A DNA stretch of 64,000 nt, taken from assembly GCF_009914755.1 (NCBI RefSeq), contig NC_060927.1, one strand, 5' to 3'. The position numbers and the translations under genes were made by a program. Source of the DNA: the human T2T-CHM13v2.0 reference genome, Homo sapiens. Positions 1 to 17,660 of this stretch are shown piece by piece. Position 1 is the first letter of the stretch. Each line of letters begins with the position of its first letter. Under the pieces are notes generated by a model. It was not told the origin of the DNA. It saw only the letters and a program-made list of their open reading frames with translations, and did no database searches.

Positions 1-41
1 AATCTTCCCAGCTCCCTACAGCTTCCCAGCAATCTTTGTTG

Positions 42-107
42 TGAACATATTTAGTAGATACCTTTGAACAAATTTAGCAGATACCTTTGAACATATTTAG
101 CAGATTC
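42..107. repeat. 23-bp tandem repeat, ~3 copies (TGAACAWATTTAGYAGATACCTT)
   Basis: Units at 42-64, 65-87 and 88-107 read directly; 1-2 mismatches between units. Confidence 0.9.
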
Positions 108-929
108 TTGAAACCTCTGCTTACACCAGCAACCACAATCCACCCACCTTTTCCTATGATAGACCCATCTGTGAGCCTCGCAGGACACAAACAGTGTCTC
201 ATTCTTCTTGGGGACATGTAGCCTAGCACTGTGTCTGCTGAGTGAATGCCGGCCTCATTTCCTCCACAGACCAATTTACTAACATGTTTTCAGTGGCTAC
301 GATGTGACAGGGATTGCACATGGGCTTTGGTGATGGTCTCATTTACTCCTCAATGCTGAACAGGAATGAGCCTCGCCAGCTGATAGGGACTGAGAGATAG
401 GAATTCTAAGCTGAGGCTGTGCCTTGGAGAGGCATGAGGCAGAGAGGACAGGGGAGAGAGGGAGCATCAGGGAAGTCTGTCTGTGAGCACCACGTGTTCA
501 GTGGCGTTTCCTACCAGGGCCTCAGCCATCACAGCCACCAAAGGGAGCTCTGCGTGCCCCACTCCACAATACCTGGAGGCCCCACACCCCATACCTCAGA
601 CCCCGAGCCTTTAGCACCAGCACAGGAGGTGGCTGCCCCCACAGCAGTAGGCTTGTTGGCTGAGCAAGATTCTTCCCTACCTCTTCCAAAGGCCTGAAAT
701 CCCATCACAAAGCAGTCTTATCCCCCAGGGATAAGAATGGAGCATGTATCTGGGGTCCCTTAGGCTGGTCAAGCAGGGTGGGGCTTTAAAACGGCTTCCA
801 CCCCAGGACTCTGGGGGCCAAAGGGGAGTCATGTGTGTGCAAAGCAGACATAAGCCTTTAAAGGAATAGCATTGCAGTTATTCATCTCTGCTGTCCAAAG
901 ACTTGCCTGTAGATGAATATTTCAGAAAA

Positions 930-1560
930 ATGACATTTTCTTTTCTAATCACAGAAATAAAATATGCCTATCGTAGAAACATGGAAGATATGGGAGATAT
1001 AAAGAAAAAATGAAAATCACCCAGAATGACACCATCTGAATAATTTCTACCAGCCCTTTGATATATTTTATTTTAGCATTGTGTGTGTATGGGATCACAT
1101 TGTAAGCAATTTTATATCCTTCATCCATTGAATATTACATTGTGATCGTTTTCCCTATCATTAAATTTATTGGAAAACATTTTTAATGCCTTCATAATAT
1201 TCAATCTTGTGGCTGATCCATAATTTATTTAACCATCTCCTCCTTTTTGAGCATTTAAGTTATTTATAATTTGTGAATATTAAAAATATCCACAAATAAT
1301 AATGTTGTGAACAACTTCATTCATAAATCCATAGGCACTTTTGTGCTTATTTCTTTAGAATAGGTTCCTAGAACTGGAATCAAAGGGTCTGTACTTGGCA
1401 ATGAGTCTGGATACCTACTGCCAAGGTATTGGTCTCCAGATGCAGGCTTTGCCTCAACAGCTGAGAATGCCCTTGTCCCAGCACCTTCATCCGCATTGAG
1501 CATTACTGCTTCTTAAACCTCTGCTAACTTGGTACAACAAACGGTGTTGGTTAATTTATC
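930..1560 (-). mobile_element. Ancient L1 (L1ME-like) 3' region remnant
   Basis: Degenerate antisense L1 3'UTR/ORF2-end motifs (cataatttatttaaccatctcc, ttcctagaactggaat, cagcacct...gagcattact). Boundaries approximate. Confidence 0.5.
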
Positions 1561-1699
1561 TGTTCATTGATTTTTTTTCCAGCTTTCCAATGGTGTGTCA
1601 GTGTTTTACTTATTATTTTAAGTGTTCCTTATATGTCAAGTTTATTACCATTTCCCCAAACATGTTACAATATTTCTTCCCGTTGGTTATTTGCCATTA

Positions 1700-2049
1700 A
1701 TTTTTTTATAATAGCTGTGTTGAGATATAATTCACATACCATACAGTTCACCCAATTAAAGTGTACAATTCAATTCAGTGGTTTTTAGTGTATTCATAGA
1801 GTTGTGCAACCATCGCCACAATCAATTTTAGAACAGTTTCATCTTCCCAAAAAGAAGCCCTTGCCCAATAGCAGCCACTCCCCATTTCACTTCAACTCCT
1901 CCCCCAGCCCTAGGCATCCACCAATCCATTTGCCATCTCTATGGATTTGCCTATTCTGGACATTTCACATAAATGGAATCATGCGCTATATGGCCTTTTA
2001 TAATTGGTTTCTTTTGCCTAGCAAAATGTTTTCAAGGTTGTAGCATGTC

Positions 2050-2050
<1 letters not shown>
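1700..2050 (-). mobile_element. L1MB/L1MC-type 3' end
   Basis: ttgagatataattcacataccatacagttcacccaattaaagtgtacaattc ... ctattctggacatttcacataaatggaatcat is the typical antisense L1MB/MC 3'UTR. Confidence 0.75.
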
Positions 2051-4640
<2,590 letters not shown>

Positions 4641-4772
4641 TTAAGATGTATTAAGTTGTTTCTGTGTGTATGTTTGTATGTGTATGTTAACAAGAGTATG
4701 AGATTAATATGTGCAGTATGATGAGAAACAGGCACTCTTACTGCCTTAAAATACATCTCCCATGGAGTACAG

Positions 4773-5003
4773 CAGTTTTTCTCATCCTCTGCATTAGTGA
4801 AATTTTGGTCTGAATAATTCTTTGTTGTGGGGAGCTGTCCTGTGCATTGTAGAAGATTTAGCAGGATCCTTGGCCTCTATTCATTAGATGCCAGTAGCAC
4901 CCCCTCTCCTCAAGTTGTGACAGCCAAAATATCTCCAGAAATTGTTAAATATTTCCTGGGGTTGGGGGTTGGTGCCAGAATCGCCCCCTGTTGAGAATCA
5001 GTG
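4773..5003 (-). mobile_element. MER20 (hAT-Charlie non-autonomous DNA transposon)
   Basis: aataattctttgttgtgggg...ctgtcctgtgcattgta...tagatgccagtagcacccc...gttgtgaca...ttgagaa matches the MER20 consensus in reverse. Confidence 0.85.
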
Positions 5004-6553
5004 CAATAGAAGGTGGCCTGACTTGTATTTTTTTATTTAGAACTTAGGGGCAGAAATAGATCATTTCCACTATTTTATTTCAAGTTTGCTCTGTTTCAGG
5101 CAAAAATCCATTTGTGTGCCTCAGTTTATGTTTTTAAATTTCACTTTCATGACCTAATAATTGATGGAAATCCCTGAAGGTTCTAGGACTGTGTCAATTT
5201 GTAGTATATGCAGGCTTCAAGTTTTTACTTCTAGTTTTTATGGTATTTTAGTGGGAATCTGGGAGAAACTGTGTCAGGCATTGCTGTCTAGCCACTATTT
5301 TATACCATTCTTCTTTTTATGTGAATTTTCTCACCCTGTGCATGTTTATACTTTAAACTCTTTAAAAAATAATTCCTGTTTCTTAGGAGAATTGTTTTGA
5401 ATATATAGTTTGGTATTTTAGGTGAATATATCACTGGTTAAGATTATAATTTGGGATGAACAATGAAGTAGTTTATTTTGGGCCAAACTGAAAAGGGGCC
5501 CCGCTGCAACTTTAAATACATGTAATCAGCTCTTCCAGACACCACCAACACTTGGTTCAGGCCACACGTGGTAATGATGGCTGAGCTGAGCTATCAGCTT
5601 ACAGTCTCTACCTAGTCAATTCTGAAACCAGGCAGTGATGAAAATCCCCTCTAAATGCAAAGAAGTGTGAGACTCAGTTGAAGCATGGTGTGAAAACAGT
5701 TTGGCTGCATACCCTTTGCCCAACTTCATCTCAAGAGACTCGGGAAAAATATAGAAACACCTCCTTTCCATATTGTTTATTTTCATGTCACAAACTGTTG
5801 GGTGGAATGAAAACAGGGCTCTAGTGTTGCTCTAGTTGTGAAAATACAACTTTTACTTCTTCTGTTTTAATCCCAGAGAGGGGAAGTTCCAACTAATCTG
5901 CTAAAGCCACCTTCTTTAAAACCTTTCAACCACGAGGTTTAGAAACACGGATGGACATCGCCAGAATTTAAAAGTGTGCTAGTTCCCAGCCAGAGCAGAG
6001 CACGTGTCTGGGGGCTCCCTTTTCATCTGGTCTCCATCCATCCTACACCGGGGGGTTGTCTAGCACCTTTTTCCTTCCTGTTGTAGTGGGCCCACTTTGG
6101 AAATGGCAGCTTTTCATTTCGTAAATTAATTTCTATTTTTATTAAAGTAATGGATTAAACAATTCCATGAGTACCAAAAGGAAAAAATCAGTTTCCTGAT
6201 CATCTCCCCTACCCCATTCTTTTCCCTAACACTTCCTATCTGTTTCTTAGATATACTCCCATTTTTTGAATTATATGCTTAATGTGCTTTATTGATGTCA
6301 ATTTAGACATTGTCTTTTGACTTCCCTTTATCAATGCTGAGGATTTGGATCTCTTGCCCCTTTCTATATTTTTCTTCTTCTCTTATTTTGCTAATATCTA
6401 TTACTATATGTATTATATATCCATGTGGTAATTATATATGATTTTTCATATCTACATATGTATAATACAAAATGTATATTTGTTCACTTTGTTAACATAT
6501 ATTTACAACTTTTTTGTTAAATGTAGCGTGTTTAGATTATTATATCTATACAA

Positions 6554-6645
6554 CCTTCCTTCCTTCCCTCCCTCCCTCCCTCCCCCCTTCCTTCCTTCCT
6601 TCCCTCCTTCCTTCCCTCCTTCCTTCTTTCTTTTTTTTTTTTTTT
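6554..6645. repeat. (CCTT)/(CCCT) polypyrimidine tract plus T15
   Basis: Read directly; continues as CT-rich sequence at 12733-12790 beyond the L1, so it is probably the split tail of the AluJ. Confidence 0.9.
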
Positions 6646-6892
6646 CAAGAAGGTTACAAAGAATATTTATTTATTTATTTATTTATTATTATACTTTAAG
6701 TTTTAGGGTACATGTGCACACTGTGCAGGTTAGTTACATACGTATACATGTGCCATGCTGGTGTGCTGCACCCACTAACTCGTCATCTAGCATTAGGTAT
6801 ATCTCCCAATGCTATCCCTCCCCCCTCCCCCCACCCCACAACAATCCCCAGAGTGTGATGTTCCCCTTCCTGTGTCCATGTGATCTCATTGT

Positions 6893-10744
<3,852 letters not shown>

Positions 10745-10792
10745 TCATTTTGCTCGTTAGTTGATGCAGTTTCTTCCTAGTCTGGATGGTCT

Positions 10793-11809
10793 TTACATTT
10801 TGGCATGATTTTGCAGCAGCTGGTACTGGTTGTTCCTTTCCATGTTTAGCGCTTCCTTCAGAAGCTCTTTTAGGGCAGGCCTGGTGGTTACAAAATCTCT
10901 CAGCATTTGCTTGTCTATAAAGTATTTTATTTCTCCTTCACTTATGAAGCTTAGTTTGGCTGGATATGAAATTCTGGGTTGAAAATTCTTTTCTTTAAGA
11001 ATGTTGAATATTGGCCCCCACTCTCTTCTGGCTTGTAGGGTTTCTGCCGAGAGATCCGCTGTTAGTCTGATGGGCTTCCCTTTGAGGGTAACCCGACCTT
11101 TCTCTCTGGCTGCCCTTAACATTTTTTCCTTCATTTCAACTTTGGTGAATCTGACACTTATGTGTCTTGGAGTTGCTCTTCTCGAGGAGTATCTTTGTGG
11201 CATTCTCTGTATTTCCTGAATCTGAACGTTGGCCTGCCTTGCTAGATTTGGGAAATTCTCCTGGATAATATCCTGCAGAGTGTTTTCCAACTTGGTTCCA
11301 TTCTCCCCATCACTTTCAGGTATACCAATCAGAGGTAGATTTTGTCTTTTCACATAGTCCCATATTTCTTGGAGGCTTTGCTCGTTTCTTTTTATTCTTT
11401 TTTCTCTAAACTTCCCTTCTCGCTTCATTTCATTCATTTCATCTTCCATTACTGATACCCTTTCTTCCAGTTGATTGCATCGGCTCCTGAGGCTTCTGCA
11501 TTCTTCACGTAGTTCTCGAGCCTTGGTTTTCAGCTCCATCAGCTCCTTTAAGCACTTCTCTGTATTGGTTATTCTAGTTATACATTCTTCTAAATTTTTT
11601 TCAAAGTTTTCAACTTCTTTGCCTTTGGTTTGAATTTCCTCCCATAGCTCAGAGTAATTTGATCGTCTGAAGCCTTCTTCTCTCAGCTCGTCAAAGTCAT
11701 TCTCCGTCCAGCTTTGTTCTGTTGCTGGTGAGGAGCTGCGTTCCTTTGCAGGAGGAGAGGCGCTCTGCTTTTTAGAGTTTCCATTTTTTCTGTTCTGTTT
11801 TTTCCCTAT
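10793..11809 (-). pseudogene. LINE-1 ORF1: stop-free 338-codon frame with start codon changed to ATA
   Basis: Manual translation from 11809: (I)GKKQNRKNGNSKKQSASPPAKERSSSPATEQSWTENDFDELREEGFRR...KCLKELMELKTK, joining the 248-aa ORF at Met91; plus strand reads tttccctatc instead of tttccccatc. Confidence 0.92.
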
Positions 11810-12712
11810 CTTTGTGGTTTTATCTACTTTTGGTCTTTGATGATGGTGATGTACAGATGGGTTTTTGGTGTGGATGTCCTTTCTGTTTGTTAGTTTTCCT
11901 TCTAACAGACAGGACCCTCAGCTGCAGGTCTGTTGGAATACCCTGCAGTGTGAGGTGTCAGTATGCCCCTGCTGGAGGGTGCCTCCCAGTTAGGCTGGTC
12001 GGGGGTCAGGGGTCAGGGACCCACTTGAGGAGGCAGTCTGCCCGTTCTCAGATCTCCAGCTGCGTCCTGGGAGAACCACTGCTCTCTTCGAAGCTGTCAG
12101 ACAGGGACATTTAAGTCCGCAGAGGTTACTGCTGTCTTTTTGTTTGTCTGTGCCCTGCCCCCAGAGGTGGAGCCTACAGAGGCAGGCAGGCCTCCTTGAG
12201 CTGTGGTGGGCTCCACCCAGTTCAAGCTTCCCTGCTGCTTTGTTTACCTAAGCAAGCCTGGGCAATGGTGGGCGCCCCTCCCCCAGCCTCGCTGCCGCCT
12301 TGCAGTTTGATCTCAGACTGCTGTGCTAGCAATCAGCGAGACTCCTTGGAGTAGGACCCTCGGAGCCAGGTGCGGCATGTAATCTCGTGGTGCGCCATTT
12401 TTTAAGCCCGTCGGAAAAGCGCAGTATTCGGGTGGGAGTGACCCTATTCTCCAGGTGCCGTCCATCACCCCTTTCTTTGATTAGGAAAGGGAACTCCCTG
12501 ACCCCTTGCGCTTCCCGAGTCAGGCAATGTCTCGCCCTGCTTTGGCTCGTGCACGGTGCGCGCACCCACTGACCTGCGCCCACTGTCTGGCACTCCCTAG
12601 TGAGATGAACCCCGTACCTCAGATGGAAATGCAGAAATCACCTGTCTTCTGTGTCGTCAGGCTGAGAGCTGTAGACTGGAGCTGTTCCTATTCGGCCCTC
12701 TTGGCTCCTCCC
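11810..12712 (-). promoter_or_regulatory. L1 5'UTR internal sense promoter and antisense promoter, CpG-rich
   Basis: Colinear with the young L1 5'UTR; many CpGs retained; YY1 core mutated at 12698. Confidence 0.85.
12265..12572 (+). pseudogene. L1 antisense ORF0, frameshifted
   Basis: ATG at 12265 gives MVGAPPPASLPPCSLISDCCASNQRDSLE* (TAG 12352-12354); the remainder (VVRHFLSPSEKRSIRVGV...) is in another frame (ORF track 12387-12572). Confidence 0.75.
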
Positions 12713-12733
12713 TCAAGAAGGTTACAAAGAATC

Positions 12734-13073
12734 CCTTCTCTCTTTTCTTCCTTCTCTCTCTCTCTTTCTCCCTTTCTCTCTTTCTCTGTTTCTTGATGGG
12801 GTCTCACTCTGTAGCCTTGTCTGGAGTGTAGTGGCCTGGTCTCAGCTCACTGCAACTTCTGCCTCCTGGGCTCAAATAATCCTACTGCCTCAGCATCCAG
12901 CGTAGCTGTGACTGGAGGTATACACCACCATGCCTGGCGAATTTTTGTATATTTTGTAGAGGCAGGGTTTCTCCACATTGTCCATGCTGGTCTTGAACTC
13001 CTGGGCTCAAGTGATCTGCCTGCCTGGATCTCCCAAATTGCCGGGGTTATAGGCATGAGCCACTGCATCCAGC
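12734..13073 (-). mobile_element. AluJ with CT-rich degenerate tail (tail split by the L1)
   Basis: gtctcactctgt...ctcctgggctcaa...gaactcctgggctcaagtgatctgcc...atgagccactgcatccagc; diverged and CpG-depleted. Confidence 0.9.
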
Positions 13074-13149
13074 TGCAACTATTTTTCAATGCTTAGCCAA
13101 GTAGAGTTACATTGTTATTTTCTTTTTCTTGTACTTTTTTCCACAAAGC

Positions 13150-14080
13150 CAATCAAAATTCTATAATAATAACAAATATTATTTTCCAAATGCTCAGATA
13201 GTTCAGATGATCTCCCAACTCCTTCCTCAAGTCCTCTCTTCAAAAGTATGCTTGAAAGGTAAATGTTTTGTATCCTCACTTCTCTGAAAATACAATTATC
13301 CTACCCTTATATTTCGTTGATTGGCTGGGTATGATGTCTAAGTTAAAAATCATTTTTCCTCCAAAATTTGAATACATTGATTTGGCTTCTTCTGCTTGTC
13401 AGTGCTGCTGTTGGGAAAGCCAGTGACATTTCAATTTTCCTTATTTTGTTTTTGGGTTTGGTTTGATTTTCTTCGTTGGAAGCATTCAAGTTCTTCTCTT
13501 TTATCCCTGAAATTCTGAAATTTCATGTTTCTTCTTTTTCTAATACTCATTGCCTGGGTACTGCACAGATATTTCAGTCTGGAGTTTGATGTCTTTTTAT
13601 CTGATAAAATTTATTCTAGTGCTTTTTGGATAACTTCTATCCATTTTACCAGTTATCTTTCTCAAACTTTTGTTAGTAAGATATGAGACTTCTCAGATGG
13701 ATTCTTTTATTTTTTTTTTTAAATCTCTTTTTTCTATCTCTGATTTTTTTTTTCTTTTTTTAGGTCATTTCTCCTACTTCATCATAAAACTATTTTATTG
13801 ATTTGTTTTTATATTAGCTTTTATTTTTATTTCCTAAGACATTTATTTTCATAGCATCCTGTTTTACTTTCATGAGTGCAATATTGTTCCATCTCTCTGA
13901 GGATATTTATTCTAGTTTTAGACATTTTCTTCAATTATCTGCTTTGCTTCTTTTTCTTCTGAATCCTCTGTTTGTAGGTTTTGTTACCTCAGACTGAGGG
14001 CTTAAAAAATTGTATCTGAGCACCCAGGCCATCTCTTCATATTTTAGTGTGAGGCACTGAAAGGTGATCAGCAGCTCTAT
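13150..14080 (-). mobile_element. Ancient L1M/HAL1-like ORF1-region remnant
   Basis: ttggctgggtatga...catttttcctcc...ttctgcttgtcagtgctgctgttgggaaagcc resembles antisense old ORF1. Confidence 0.5.
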
Positions 14081-17000
14081 GTGAGTGGCGGGGGCTGATT
14101 GATGAATGGGTGCCATTGTTGGGTGGTGAGATGGCAAGATGATCAGTGCACTGAAGTTAGTATCCAGATATCTTTTCTCAGATGCCTTACAATTTTTAAG
14201 GAGAAAATTTCTCTAATCACTGAATTTTATTTATTCATTTGGTGGGAGCATGCTCCATCCCCTACTTCCCAGAACTGTGCTTTTGAGTTCCAGTGACAAA
14301 GAAGCTCATGTAGCCCCTCCAGAGACATGAAAATTGTGGCCATTTCTCAAAGTCAGTGTCTACTCCTCTCTTCAAAAATGTGTACAGACCTCTTGTATGC
14401 TGAGTATTCCTCCCAGTGCTCTTTGTCCAGGGGTAGTTTACACCTTTTCTCTTCTTTATTGTCATTGCAATGGGATTCCAAAAAGCAGCAAAGAGAAACA
14501 TGTTTGAGTCAGAGCTTTGAGTGTAGGTGACATTGGTGGTAAAAGTCCATCTCCCTGAAGAATGACTAGCACTAGGAGCAGTGACCACCGTAATAACTGA
14601 TGGACTTCAATGCAGGATTCAGTTTGTGTTGGGATAGGGCAGCATGGGGGAATTCCTTTCCTGCCAGTGTGACAGTCAGGGTAGATTCTGGAATCGTTTA
14701 TGGTGGGTTCGGCTTAAAGACAGAGAGACAGTCTCAGAGAACCCAGGCCATGGTCATCCTGAAGAAAGGGTAGCATGCACCTTGTGTGGAAGGTCAGCTC
14801 CTCTTGGGGGTCCATGCTTTGCCTTTACAGCTAATAGAGTCTCCAGAATCAACCAGTCAACTCACACCTGTAGGAAACACATAGGCAGCTGCTCTCTCTG
14901 ATATGTGTATTCACTCATTCTCAAACCTCCTGACTCTAAAGTGGGGAAATGTTTCAGCTTTCTGGGGCCTGTGGCTGTGAAAAATAAAATGTACACATGC
15001 ATTTGGAGGGTCTAGGAAAGTTACCACTGTTCATTGAGGACCTGCTGTGCACAGGCATAGCACTGGGGATTCCACAGAGGTAAATTCTTCTTCGTAATGG
15101 ATTTTGATCGCCTCCGAGGAAGATGGGAGATAACTAGAGCTGTCCTTAAGGATATGCAGGGTAGTATCTTAAAAAATGAGAAATTGCAGTTTCTGAATAC
15201 ATTGTTTGCAAATAGGTTGAGAGACAACCAGGAAATGAAGACTAATACGTTAGCTCTTTTCGTATTGCATGGAGAAGGCACCATCCAAGTCTAATGTATC
15301 CCTGCCCTGGCCTCTGAAAGCTGAATAATGTGTCACAGATTCAGAGAATTTTGTTGCCGTAAGGGACCCCAGAGGTTCTAGCAAAATGCCGCCTTTTGTA
15401 GATCCTGCTGCAGAGGAGCTATTGTGCTGCACGGTCTCCCTCACACCATTAGTGTCAAACCTCCGTCAATATTTAAACATTCATTATTCAGAATTTCATT
15501 TCTCTGCTTCTCTTTTTTTTTTAAACTCTGAGAAGGAAAGAAAAACACGGTTAGCAACTGTATCCTGTATTTCTTCAGGAAAGAAATGAGCCACTTCAAA
15601 GCTGAGCTGATTTACTGGATAAATATATATTTAGGCATTTGGGGACTTTAAATGTGTATGATTTACCAGAGAAACAGGGGGCATCCTTCAGAATCCACTA
15701 TGCAAAGATATATTGACACAATTTCAACTGTATGGTTATGTCTCTGATAAATCAGCCTGCCTCCCTCAGACCTTCATGGTCCACTGGAGATAAAATATGC
15801 ACCTCCCGTTCAGGGAGGGCAAGGGGCAGGCAGACTTCAAAGTACAGCTGGGTCTGCCTTGGAGGATCTCACAGGGAAAGGTCCTGTGCAGCACCAGAGG
15901 CTTGATCTGGGAATCACGTGTGAGGGCTGCAGGCTCTTGACTGTGCATCTGTAAACAGTTTCTGACTGCTCTGAGAGGCAGGTGCTGTCTGCCTGGGGGA
16001 GGATTAGAGGCTGAAAACCCATGCAGGAAACTGGACAGGTGGATTGTGGTGAATTGATAGCTAAATCTTGCACTTTAGTGCCTAGACAAGATTCGGTCTC
16101 AAGTCACAGCCGCAGGGACTCTGGACAAGTCCTGCCATGTGGCTGTGCCTGGGGTGCCCTGCCAAGGCAGCTGTCATGGCTTCCAGAAGCAGGCACTTTC
16201 TAAGGTCCCCAGCTGGAGGCCTATGAATGCTCAAGCAGGTGGGGGCCCCAGCCTGTAGCTGACTTGTAAGTGCAACACTTTATTGCCTGGGAGCCTTTTG
16301 AAACCTTCCTGGGTGTAGACCCTACAGGATAGCCTCTGCCTGTAGGACCTGAATAGGATGCACAGCCAGAGGAAGGAGGACGATGGACAAGGAGGCTGTC
16401 ATCTGGAGCTGAAGAAGGATACAGAGAAACCTTGAGTATGAAAGGCGGAGAAGAAAGCTGAGTGCTCACATGCTACCCAGGCTGGAGTAATCTTCTTGTA
16501 GTGCACTCCTTCCTACTGCCAGCTCATAGTCATTTCTCAGGCCAGCTTCCTCCGTTGCTACATTCCAATCTCATGCTTCTAACTCAGTGGGGTTTTGGAG
16601 TCACATGGCCTTAGCCTGGGGTTCTGCTGCCCACACGAAGTGGGGATGGGTTGTGCCAAACAACTCCCCTACTTCCTTCTCCTGTCCTGCATCCATCGCT
16701 CCTTGGGGAGGCTGCACCAAAACCTGCCATCACCCCTGCTTAGGGGTCTTGTTTCCGTTGTCCACAGGACTTCACCTTCAGCCTTTTTCCACTGAAAGAA
16801 ACTGGCTTCTACCCACAGAGTTGAGATTTTGTTGCCTACTTCCACAGAGGGAGAAGGTAGACTTGCTTGGGGGAAAAAAGAACATTCTCTTATTCCAAGC
16901 CAGTATTTCCAATAATTACATGCAATGGTAAATGGAATTGGGAAAAGTGAATTACCTTTAATTAAGGAGTCTTTTATACTTAAAGTACATCCTAGGGAGC

Positions 17001-17449
17001 ACATCCCTGGGTAATTAGAGGAGGAGGCTGAAATCTAGCGTGTTCTGTTTTGGGGCTTGGAATCCCACCAGGACCCTCCTGCTCATCAGCACAGTCCCTC
17101 TCATACTCATTTTCATGGGTCTGGCATCTGTTTCTGGGAAATGCTGGACAGCTGGAGACCTACTGTCCACTGGCCTTGAGGTACTACTCCAGCATCTCCT
17201 GCCACTGCACATATACTTGCATGATGCATTAGTCATATACCATTCCATAGCATATGAGCTTGTGGCAGGGTCAGGTGACTGGCCCATGTGGAGGGCTGTC
17301 TGTAACATGCCAGCACTGCTATACCACCAAAAAGACAAGTTTGGTCCATAGGGTAGTTGGCTCATGGGATTTGCCGAAGCATCTGGTCTAGCCAGGTCCC
17401 CAGGTTTGAAGAAAAGAGGGGCATAAGTGTATGGAAATCCTCTTTGGAG

Positions 17450-17660
17450 CTAACATTCATTTATCTATCTCTCCATTCATTTTTCCTTCCATCCACTCGT
17501 CTCTCCATCCATTCACTATTTCCACATACATCCACTTAGTACTCTCCAGTGGCTGCCAGGCTTTAGTCTAAATACTGAGGACAGAGAGGTAAGAAGCCGC
17601 TTCTGACCCCAGGAGCCTATGGTTGGGTGGGAAGACAGAGGAGGCCGTTGGCATAGGTAG
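17450..17660 (-). mobile_element. L2 3' fragment
   Basis: cattcatt-type tail followed by tactgaggacagagag...ccaggagcctatggtt...gggaagacag. Confidence 0.45.
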
